A stretch of DNA of 32,000 bases. Origin: an uncultured Alphaproteobacteria bacterium (lineage in GTDB: Bacteria; Pseudomonadota; Alphaproteobacteria; Rs-D84). The stretch is from positions 630,001 to 662,000 of the forward strand of contig OZ007020.1 of NCBI GenBank assembly GCA_963931495.1, in the 5' to 3' direction. Under the pieces are notes generated by a model. That model did no database searches, was not told where the DNA came from, and saw only the letters and a list, made by a program, of their open reading frames with translations. Position numbers and translations under genes: made by a program. This document shows, piece by piece, positions 1 to 6,973 of this stretch; position 1 is the stretch's first letter, and each line of letters starts with the position of its first letter.

Positions 1-3
1 ATG

Positions 4-32
4 TTGACTTTTTTATTTTTTACTGCATAATA
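4..32 (+). promoter_or_regulatory. sigma-70-type promoter upstream of rpsP
   Basis: TTGACT (4-9), 17-nt spacer, TAATAT (27-32). It lies ~140 nt upstream of the rpsP ATG and close to the window edge. Confidence 0.45.
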
Positions 33-173
33 TCCCGTGCAAATCCCATAAAAGATTGCCATTGTTGTAAATCCAGTGCGCGGTGCGCATGGTGCATCAT
101 CCGACGAGTATTCGTCCTTGATGGCGGTTTTCTTTGTGGGCAAACAGTTATATGAAGTTTAAGGAGCAAAATT

Positions 174-644
174 ATGGCAACTGTTATCAGATTGGCGCGT
201 TTCGGTGCAAAAAAGCGTCCGTATTATCATGTCGTGGTTACAGATTCACGCAATGCGCGTAATTCTGGAAATATTTTGGCAACTGTGGGAAAATATAACC
301 CGATGTTACCACGCGATAATGAAAATCGTGTTGTGTTGAATGTTGATGAGGTCAAGTCTTGGTTGGCCAAGGGTGCAAAACCATCAGATCGTGTATATCG
401 CTTTTTGGCGAATGCCGGATTGGTTGCAGCGCGCGTTGTCCCGAACCAAACGAAAAAGAATCAACAGTCTGAAAAGACATTGATGAAAATCAAAGATAAA
501 CAAGAAAAATTGGCAAAAATAGCCGAAGAAAAAGCAGCCGCCGAAGCAGCCGCCAAGGCCGCTGCCGAAGCGCCAGCCGAAGAATCGGCACCGGCCGCCG
601 CAGAAGATGCGCCAGCCGAAGAATCTGCGCCAGTTGCGGAATAA
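174..644 (+). CDS. rpsP: 30S ribosomal protein S16 with Ala/Glu/Pro-rich C-terminal extension
   Basis: N-terminus MATVIRLARFGAKKRPYYHVVVTDSRNARNSG is the S16 signature. SD AAGGAG precedes the ATG. The C-terminal tail repeats APAEESAP. Confidence 0.95.
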   Translation: MATVIRLARFGAKKRPYYHVVVTDSRNARNSGNILATVGKYNPMLPRDNENRVVLNVDEVKSWLAKGAKPSDRVYRFLANAGLVAARVVPNQTKKNQQSEKTLMKIKDKQEKLAKIAEEKAAAEAAAKAAAEAPAEESAPAAAEDAPAEESAPVAE

Positions 645-652
645 TTTTGCGT

Positions 653-686
653 ATGCCCGGGGGTAACCCGGGCATGGTTTTCTGTT
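653..686 (+). terminator. GC-rich hairpin plus U-tract immediately after rpsP (terminator or attenuator)
   Basis: ATGCCCGGG (653-661) pairs with CCCGGGCAT (667-675) around a 5-nt loop, followed by GGTTTTCTGTT. Confidence 0.6.
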
Positions 687-706
687 GAATAAAGGATTGT
701 GTCAAT

Positions 707-895
707 ATGCCAAAATGTCCGGTGAATCCTGATATAGAATGTGAATATTCTTTTCGTGCGTGGGAATGTCGTCGTCAAATTGATTTTGCCGCCGCGCGTA
801 ATTATGAATACTATATTTATGAAAATGACGGTTGCCCTGCTATGCCGGAATATTGCAGTCGTTTGTACAAATTAAAGAAACAGCAGCAGAGGTAG
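707..895 (+). CDS. hypothetical small cysteine-rich protein (ORF A, 62 aa)
   Basis: Open frame fills the rpsP-rimM gap on the operon strand. It has 5 Cys and two Cys-Pro motifs, and shares MPK..CP..DI and E-x-C-S-R-x-Y with ORF B. No family recognised. Confidence 0.55.
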   Translation: MPKCPVNPDIECEYSFRAWECRRQIDFAAARNYEYYIYENDGCPAMPEYCSRLYKLKKQQQR

Positions 896-898
896 ACG

Positions 899-1141
899 AT
901 GCCAAAGAATAACAATCTTTGTCCATATGATATACTCGGTTCGTTGGCGTGTGATATGATATATCGTGACCAAGAACTGTATCGGCAAATGGATGTGCAA
1001 TTGAAGTCAGGGGCAAAAATAAATATGTTTTTCAGTGCGGATTTATGCGCATGCGCGTGCAATTCGGAATTGTGTTCGCGGTATACAGAACATTTGATAC
1101 GTAATTTGCGAAACTGTAAGAATCATTCAAATGGCCGATAA
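899..1141 (+). CDS. hypothetical small cysteine-rich protein (ORF B, 80 aa)
   Basis: Starts 3 nt after the ORF A stop and overlaps the rimM start by 11 nt (ATGGCCGATAA). It has 7 Cys including CACAC. The N- and C-terminal motifs are shared with ORF A. Confidence 0.55.
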   Translation: MPKNNNLCPYDILGSLACDMIYRDQELYRQMDVQLKSGAKINMFFSADLCACACNSELCSRYTEHLIRNLRNCKNHSNGR

Positions 1142-1595
1142 TAAAAAAATCTTGGTTGGTAAAATTGTCGCACCCCAGGGAATCCGTGGCGAGTTGCGCG
1201 TGAATACATATACAGCAAATCCAACAGATATGCGCGATTTGCGTGTCATGTCGTCGCATTTTGCCGATGGTGCATTCCATTTTGTGCGCGTGGTTCCATC
1301 GTCGTCGGTTATCATTGCGCACGTTGATGGTGTAAATGATCGGAATGCGGCTGAATCATTGCGTGGTACAGAATTGTTTATAAATCGTGATGATTTGCCA
1401 CAACTTGGTCCGGGGGAATATTACCAGGCGGATTTGGTTGGTATGCGGGTCATGCGAAATGGCGCGCAAATTGGTGTGGTGGATAATGTACAAAACTATG
1501 GTGGCGGTGATATCCTGGAACTGGATAGTGGTGATTTGATTGCGTTTAACAGTGTTGATGTAGATACAGAAAATAAAACAATTTATATTCGGTGA
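1131..1595 (+). CDS. rimM: 16S rRNA processing protein RimM
   Basis: ILVGKIVAPQGIRGELRV N-terminal motif and a PRC-barrel-like C-terminus. It sits in the expected position between rpsP and trmD. Confidence 0.9.
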   Translation: MADNKKILVGKIVAPQGIRGELRVNTYTANPTDMRDLRVMSSHFADGAFHFVRVVPSSSVIIAHVDGVNDRNAAESLRGTELFINRDDLPQLGPGEYYQADLVGMRVMRNGAQIGVVDNVQNYGGGDILELDSGDLIAFNSVDVDTENKTIYIR

Positions 1596-1978
1596 TGAAT
1601 ATGAAACAGAAAATGCAAGGTTTGCCAAGAACTTTTATATCGGAATCCGAGAATTTTATTTATGCGTATATTCCGAAATTGCCGGTTGTTTGCAAGGATG
1701 GCAGACGATATGCGTCGTGCGTATTTGTGTGCCCACAGTTTATGAATTATGATGTGGATAAATATGGACGGCGGATTATTCCGAATTATGCGGTTTGTCC
1801 GTATGCCACCGAATTGACGGGACGTCCGGGCCAATGCGATGGCAAACGTGTTTGTTTGAATGGCGAAATTATAAGTGCGCTGTACAGATATAATCCTGTG
1901 AAACAAATAGGTGTTCCGGTACATGAATGGCAAATGATTAAGGCGGATTTAGCAAAAAGGAATCAAAATGGCAGATAA
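1592..1978 (+). CDS. hypothetical cysteine-rich protein (ORF C, 128 aa)
   Basis: A 128-codon open frame in AT-rich DNA. GTG 1592 or ATG 1595 overlaps the rimM stop. It has 6 Cys and two Cys-Pro motifs (VCPQ, VCPY). No family recognised. Confidence 0.6.
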   Translation: MMNMKQKMQGLPRTFISESENFIYAYIPKLPVVCKDGRRYASCVFVCPQFMNYDVDKYGRRIIPNYAVCPYATELTGRPGQCDGKRVCLNGEIISALYRYNPVKQIGVPVHEWQMIKADLAKRNQNGR

Positions 1979-2234
1979 AAAATCAGGTATTCAAGTGTTT
2001 TTCAAATTTGGTGATTATGGTTATAATGATTTGGTCGCAACGTGCGGCGATGATGCAGCGTGCCCGATATTTGGTTTATTGGATGCGTGTAAAACACACT
2101 ATACAACATATCGGCACATTCCAGGTAAATTGCGCGCTGTCAGTGTCGCGGCGCTGAAAGATAAAGACGCAACAAACAGCATGATAAATTTATCTGAATA
2201 CTTATGCACAAAATGCAAAAATCGGATTCGTTAA
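1968..2234 (+). CDS. hypothetical cysteine-rich protein (ORF D, 88 aa)
   Basis: Overlaps the ORF C stop by 11 nt (ATGGCAGATAA) and ends 1 nt before the trmD ATG. It has 5 Cys including a terminal CTKC (CxxC). Confidence 0.55.
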   Translation: MADKKSGIQVFFKFGDYGYNDLVATCGDDAACPIFGLLDACKTHYTTYRHIPGKLRAVSVAALKDKDATNSMINLSEYLCTKCKNRIR

Positions 2235-2235
2235 A

Positions 2236-2922
2236 ATGCACTTTAATATACTGACCATTTTTCCAGAAATGTTTCCGGGCACGTTGGGCGGCGGGGTTGT
2301 TGGTCGCGCTTTGTCTAATGGAACATGGTCATATGATGCAATAAATATTCGTGACTTTGCGCATGATAATTACGGCAGTGTTGATGATGAACAATTTGGC
2401 GGTGGTGTTGGCCAGGTTATGCGCCCAGACGTACTGGGTGATGCAATTGATTCAATTAAAAATCGTGGCAAAATTATATATTTTTCACCGCGTGGACCGC
2501 AACTGACGCAAAAAAAAGTACGCGAATTTGCCGCCGATAAAAATGCAAATTATACATTACTGTGTGGACGGTACGAAGGAATTGATCAACGAATCATTGA
2601 TGAATATGATATAATGGAATTATCTGTTGGCGATTACATACTGTCGGGCGGCGAAATCGCCGCGCAAGTTTTTATTGACAGTGTCGTTCGCGTGATGGAT
2701 AATGTGCTGGGCGGTGGCGCAGATGCCACGCGTAATGAAAGTTTTGAAATCGGGGGGTTAGAATGGCCGTTGTATACCCGCCCGTCGGCATGGCGTGGAC
2801 GTAATGTCCCAGAAGTCCTGCTGTCCGGTCACCACGGCAATATTGAACGGTGGCGGAAACAACAATCGGACGAAATAACAAAACAACGTCGTCCGGATTT
2901 AATAAAGGAAAATGAAAAATGA
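2236..2922 (+). CDS. trmD: tRNA (guanine37-N1)-methyltransferase TrmD
   Basis: [15 protein letters not shown] start, and the GRYEGIDQR and [16 protein letters not shown]/TrmD motifs. Confidence 0.95.
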   Translation: MHFNILTIFPEMFPGTLGGGVVGRALSNGTWSYDAINIRDFAHDNYGSVDDEQFGGGVGQVMRPDVLGDAIDSIKNRGKIIYFSPRGPQLTQKKVREFAADKNANYTLLCGRYEGIDQRIIDEYDIMELSVGDYILSGGEIAAQVFIDSVVRVMDNVLGGGADATRNESFEIGGLEWPLYTRPSAWRGRNVPEVLLSGHHGNIERWRKQQSDEITKQRRPDLIKENEK

Positions 2923-3314
2923 GCATTATTAAAAAAATTGAACAGGCGCAAGTTGAAAAATTGCGTGGCGATAAGAAAATCCCTGCTTTCAAGTCTGGGG
3001 ATACTGTCAAGGTGCATGTCCGCATCAAAGATGGTGATAAATTCCGTATCCAGGTTTTTGAAGGTGTCGTAATCGCACGCGATGGTGGCAATGGTAATAA
3101 TGCGTCGTTCACAGTACGTCGTGAATCATATGGCGTCGGTGTAGAACGCAAGTTCCCACTGTACAGCCCGGCGATTGCCAAAATTGAAAAAGTGCGCACC
3201 GGTAAGGTACGTCGTGCAAAATTGTTCTTCTTGCGCGGATTGTCCGGCAAAAAGGCGCGCATCGTAGAAGATTTGTCTGCGGTGGCGGCGGATAAAGCAG
3301 CAGAAGCAAAATAA
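2919..3314 (+). CDS. rplS: 50S ribosomal protein L19
   Basis: [33 protein letters not shown] is typical of L19. There is an ATGA overlap with trmD. Confidence 0.95.
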   Translation: MSIIKKIEQAQVEKLRGDKKIPAFKSGDTVKVHVRIKDGDKFRIQVFEGVVIARDGGNGNNASFTVRRESYGVGVERKFPLYSPAIAKIEKVRTGKVRRAKLFFLRGLSGKKARIVEDLSAVAADKAAEAK

Positions 3315-3337
3315 TGTAAAATCAGGGGGCGGAAAAA

Positions 3338-3691
3338 ATGCGATTCTTTGGAATTTTATTTTTGATGCCCCTGGTTTCTTTGTTGCCGGTTCATGCAAAT
3401 GCGTATGTTAATCGTAATAATGCGGTTGTTCGCGTTATGGACAAGGCGGCGGGAAAAGTTCAAACAGTTAATATCCCCGTCGGGCAAAGTGCACAAATAG
3501 ACAAGTTGGGGATAACAATTCGTGCATGTAAACAGTCTGATCCGTTTGATGCCCAAGATTTTTTCGCATTCATAGAAATTTCAAAATTGGATGAAGGATT
3601 GATATTCAGTAATTGGATGACCGCAAATGAGCCAGGCGATAATCCATTACAAAATGCTGACTATGATGTTTGGTTGGTCAAATGTGAATAA
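3338..3691 (+). CDS. secreted DUF2155-like protein (alphaproteobacterial family)
   Basis: Signal peptide MRFFGILFLMPLVSLLPVHANA. The pattern VRVMDKAAGKV...IRACKQSDP...DYDVWLVKC resembles DUF2155, assigned from memory only. Confidence 0.55.
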   Translation: MRFFGILFLMPLVSLLPVHANAYVNRNNAVVRVMDKAAGKVQTVNIPVGQSAQIDKLGITIRACKQSDPFDAQDFFAFIEISKLDEGLIFSNWMTANEPGDNPLQNADYDVWLVKCE

Positions 3692-3717
3692 TTGTGTAAT
3701 ACAGGGGGATTCGCACA

Positions 3718-4023
3718 ATGAAAGTTATAAAAAAATACTTAAAGTTCATCATTGGAATTGCCGTGTTATTGGTGGTAATTGTGGTGTTTATGTTGGTAAT
3801 GCAAACCAGTGATTTAGAAAATGGGAATTTGAAAAAATGGCGCGCCGCAGATTTAGATGCACGTATGGCGGCGGCGCAAATTCTGTCCGCATCAGACGAA
3901 AATCTTGAACTGTTGGTACAATGTGTTGATAAAATGGCCAGTTTGCCAGATTCTGGGGAAATGGCGGTGCGTGATGCAATGTCTTTGTGCTATACCGGAA
4001 TTCAATTAAAGGCCAATAATTAA
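3718..4023 (+). CDS. hypothetical membrane-anchored protein (101 aa)
   Basis: One N-terminal TM helix (FIIGIAVLLVVIVVFMLVM). Same strand as its neighbours with tight spacing. No family recognised. Confidence 0.5.
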   Translation: MKVIKKYLKFIIGIAVLLVVIVVFMLVMQTSDLENGNLKKWRAADLDARMAAAQILSASDENLELLVQCVDKMASLPDSGEMAVRDAMSLCYTGIQLKANN

Positions 4024-4028
4024 AACAT

Positions 4029-4718
4029 ATGAAACGTTTGGCGATTATTCTTGTTTTATTGTCGGGATGCGCCGGTAATAACGCCGAATATATCGGTCAA
4101 GAATACGTCGGTGCGAAATACCAGGCGGATGCACTGGGCGAAGCCGTGGCCCCAGATACAGATCCCTTGATACGTACAGATGTGTTTGATTGTGTGACGT
4201 TCGTGGAAACTGTGTTGGCCAACGGAAATCGGGAAAAATTAAATAAAATCAGATACAAAAACGGAAATATTGATTTTCTGAATCGTAATCATTTTATTGA
4301 AACAGATTGGTTGAAAAATAACAGCGATTTAGTGGAAAATGTCAGTTCTGAATACGCCCCGACAAAAAATCGTCATGTTGTAATTGATAAACAAAATTGG
4401 TTGCGTGTTGTACATAATCTTGAATCAGATTTTGCCCCGCAATTTGCAGATTTAGAATATATTCCGTATGAATATGTGTCTGGGGTACACGTATCGGAAC
4501 CAATGATTGTATTATTTATTTCTGGTAAATCAGAAAAAAGTGATAAAATAGGTACTGATTTAGCGGTTGGGCATATGGGGTTCTTGTTGCCAGATGGCGT
4601 ATTACGTCATGCGTCGTCACAGTATGGATGTGTAATGGACACCGATTTTTACGAATATGCATCAAAGCGTATGGAAAACAAAAATAATATCGGAATAATG
4701 TTGGTGAAAATAAAATGA
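4029..4718 (+). CDS. lipoprotein, DUF1460-like (amidase-like / papain-like fold family)
   Basis: Lipobox LLSGC at residues 10-14. The FDCVTFVETVLA motif resembles DUF1460, assigned from memory only. Confidence 0.55.
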   Translation: MKRLAIILVLLSGCAGNNAEYIGQEYVGAKYQADALGEAVAPDTDPLIRTDVFDCVTFVETVLANGNREKLNKIRYKNGNIDFLNRNHFIETDWLKNNSDLVENVSSEYAPTKNRHVVIDKQNWLRVVHNLESDFAPQFADLEYIPYEYVSGVHVSEPMIVLFISGKSEKSDKIGTDLAVGHMGFLLPDGVLRHASSQYGCVMDTDFYEYASKRMENKNNIGIMLVKIK

Positions 4719-5839
4719 ATGATGAAAATATAATTCGTATGGATATGGGACAATCAATTGGGGCCGAACATGATTCTGGGCGACCGATTGTTTGTATGGG
4801 GATTGAATCGTCGTGTGATGAAACCAGTGCAGCAATTGTTGATTCGCATAAAAATATTTTATCGCATATTATATATTCACAAATCCCAGAACACCAGAAA
4901 TATGGCGGGGTTGTGCCAGAATTGGCGGCGCGTGCGCATATATTGGCAATTGATGACGTTATTCGCAGAACACTGGATGCGGCAAATATGAAAATATCAG
5001 ATGTGGACGTTATCGCGGCAACCGCTGGTCCGGGGTTAATTGGCGGTGTGTTGGTTGGTTGGATGGCGGCGGTTGGTATTGCACAATCAATGGGTAAACC
5101 GTTGATTGCGGTTAATCATCTGGAAGGTCATGCCTTGGTTCCACGTTTGCGTGCATCGGCGGCCAGTGGCGCCGATGTTGCCGTTGATGTTCAATTTCCA
5201 TACTTGCTGATGTTGGCATCGGGTGGCCATTGCCAGATTCTGTTGGTGCGCGGTGTTGGTGAATACGAAATGATTGGGCAAACACTGGATGACAGTGCGG
5301 GCGAAGCGTTTGACAAAGTTGCCAAGATGTTGGGCTTGGGATATCCTGGCGGACCAGTCGTTGATAAACGGGCCGCAATGGGTAATCCGCATGCATTTAA
5401 TTTTCCACGACCATTGTGTGATAAACCAGGATGCGATTTTTCGTTCAGTGGAATCAAAACGGCCGCGCGGACGTTCCTGGGGCGGGCGGCGGTGCCCTGT
5501 TCTGACGAGTTTATAAATGATTTTTGTGCGTCGTTCCAGGCTGCGGTCGTAGATTGTATTATTAATCGTTTGGGGAATGCGTTGCGTGACGAACGCGTTG
5601 TGGCGGCGGCGCCACGTACGTTGGTCGTCGCCGGTGGTGTGGCGAAAAATTCGGCTGTTCGTTCCGGAATGGAAGAACTGGCCACCCGGCATAACATGAT
5701 TTTTGCGGCCCCGCCGATGAATTTGTGTACTGATAATGGCGCAATGATTGCCTGGGCTGGGTTGGAAAATTATAAAATTGGCAATGTCGTAACGGAACCT
5801 GTGGCGCCCCGCCCGCGTTGGCCATTGACAGAATTGTAA
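4715..5839 (+). CDS. tsaD: tRNA N6-adenosine threonylcarbamoyltransferase TsaD
   Basis: GIESSCDETSAAIV, NHLEGHAL and GGVAKN motifs of the Kae1/TsaD family. ATGA overlap with the upstream gene. Confidence 0.95.
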   Translation: MNDENIIRMDMGQSIGAEHDSGRPIVCMGIESSCDETSAAIVDSHKNILSHIIYSQIPEHQKYGGVVPELAARAHILAIDDVIRRTLDAANMKISDVDVIAATAGPGLIGGVLVGWMAAVGIAQSMGKPLIAVNHLEGHALVPRLRASAASGADVAVDVQFPYLLMLASGGHCQILLVRGVGEYEMIGQTLDDSAGEAFDKVAKMLGLGYPGGPVVDKRAAMGNPHAFNFPRPLCDKPGCDFSFSGIKTAARTFLGRAAVPCSDEFINDFCASFQAAVVDCIINRLGNALRDERVVAAAPRTLVVAGGVAKNSAVRSGMEELATRHNMIFAAPPMNLCTDNGAMIAWAGLENYKIGNVVTEPVAPRPRWPLTEL

Positions 5840-5851
5840 ATATAAAAACTG

Positions 5852-6436
5852 GTGAAGCAAATGTCACGTACAATGCAAGACAAAATAAATGCGTATGATG
5901 CCGCCACGCGTGTATTAGAACACCAGGTTGATTTTATGCGTACGCCGCCAGAATTCAAACCGCTGTACAATATGTCGGATATCGTTCGTAAATTTCGTTC
6001 GGCGTTTTTAATCCCGGATTTGCGTAATGCGGTGCTGGCGAAAAAATATGAACGCGAACGTATTAATGCGGGGCGATTTTCTGCGGGATTTTGCGGCATT
6101 GCCAGTTATACGTGGGCGCATTTGTTTCGGATGCCAAATGGTGATGCGTTGTGGCGGATAAAGCACTATAAAAATAATCGTACACGGTATGGATTGTCGG
6201 ATCATGTTTGGATGGAAAGTAAATTTGATGGGTCGGTGCTGGATTTGGCGTTTGACCAGTCGGTTGACGAATCTGGCACATTTGTTGAAATACCGTACGA
6301 TTTGGGCGTTGATGCGGACGAATATTTTGAATTCGGTCGGGCATATAAATTTGCAGAATATTTGGGTATGAAAATAAATTTTCCAGATATTGTGCGTGAA
6401 AATATGGCATGGCACATGCGTGCGGGACGTGATTAA
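5852..6436 (+). CDS. hypothetical protein P1 (194 aa), paralog of the next gene, with a Cys-His-Asp pattern
   Basis: Shares I-x-Y-x-x-ATR, GFC, GDA-x-W, H, AFD and PY-x-LG blocks in the same order with 6475..6966. Confidence 0.6.
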   Translation: MKQMSRTMQDKINAYDAATRVLEHQVDFMRTPPEFKPLYNMSDIVRKFRSAFLIPDLRNAVLAKKYERERINAGRFSAGFCGIASYTWAHLFRMPNGDALWRIKHYKNNRTRYGLSDHVWMESKFDGSVLDLAFDQSVDESGTFVEIPYDLGVDADEYFEFGRAYKFAEYLGMKINFPDIVRENMAWHMRAGRD

Positions 6437-6438
6437 AA

Positions 6439-6467
6439 TTGATATTTTTATAAATTTATGCTACAAT
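6439..6467 (+). promoter_or_regulatory. promoter in the P1/P2 spacer, 7 nt upstream of the P2 ATG (leaderless arrangement)
   Basis: TTGATA (6439-6444), 17-nt spacer, TACAAT (6462-6467), then 7 nt to ATG 6475. No SD. Confidence 0.5.
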
Positions 6468-6474
6468 TTCCCGC

Positions 6475-6966
6475 ATGGATGAATATATTAAAAATTATAA
6501 TGTGGCAACAAGAAAAGTTCTTGATTTGGCGCGCGAGATAGATGGCTTTGCACTGCAACAATTTGATGCAGAATATTCTTTGTATGATATTACATCTGTC
6601 TTGCGGCAAAAATACGCGGATGTGTCGTTTCGTAAAAAATATGTTGGTAATTTGCCGTTTCGCGGGTTTGTTCCGTATACCAAGGGATTCTGTGCATTGA
6701 CGACGATTTGTATATATGAATTGTATGGTGGTGATGCAATATGGACGCCGTCGGCGATTAAAATGGGGGCGTGGGAACATGCGCCGGTTGTGTTCTTGCG
6801 CGATAATATATATGAAATTGCATTTGACCCAACCGGGGACCAGTTTTCACCACTGCGTGTGCCGTACGAACTGGGGACACCGATTAATAAAAGAATGCGC
6901 GATATGAAAACGCCGAACAAGGCGCAATTTATCGCGGAAATAAAAAAAGAACTAGACAGACGTTAA
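6475..6966 (+). CDS. hypothetical protein P2 (163 aa), paralog of P1
   Basis: Collinear motif blocks with P1: GFCALTT..., WEHAPVVF..., EIAFDPTGDQ, VPYELG. Confidence 0.6.
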   Translation: MDEYIKNYNVATRKVLDLAREIDGFALQQFDAEYSLYDITSVLRQKYADVSFRKKYVGNLPFRGFVPYTKGFCALTTICIYELYGGDAIWTPSAIKMGAWEHAPVVFLRDNIYEIAFDPTGDQFSPLRVPYELGTPINKRMRDMKTPNKAQFIAEIKKELDRR

Positions 6967-6973
6967 GATAGTT

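Noticed and set aside
5087-5860. 257-aa and 168-aa minus-strand ORFs
   Set aside because: They are antisense shadow ORFs inside tsaD. The Arg/Pro/His-rich translations have no recognisable motifs, and the tsaD assignment on the plus strand is secure.
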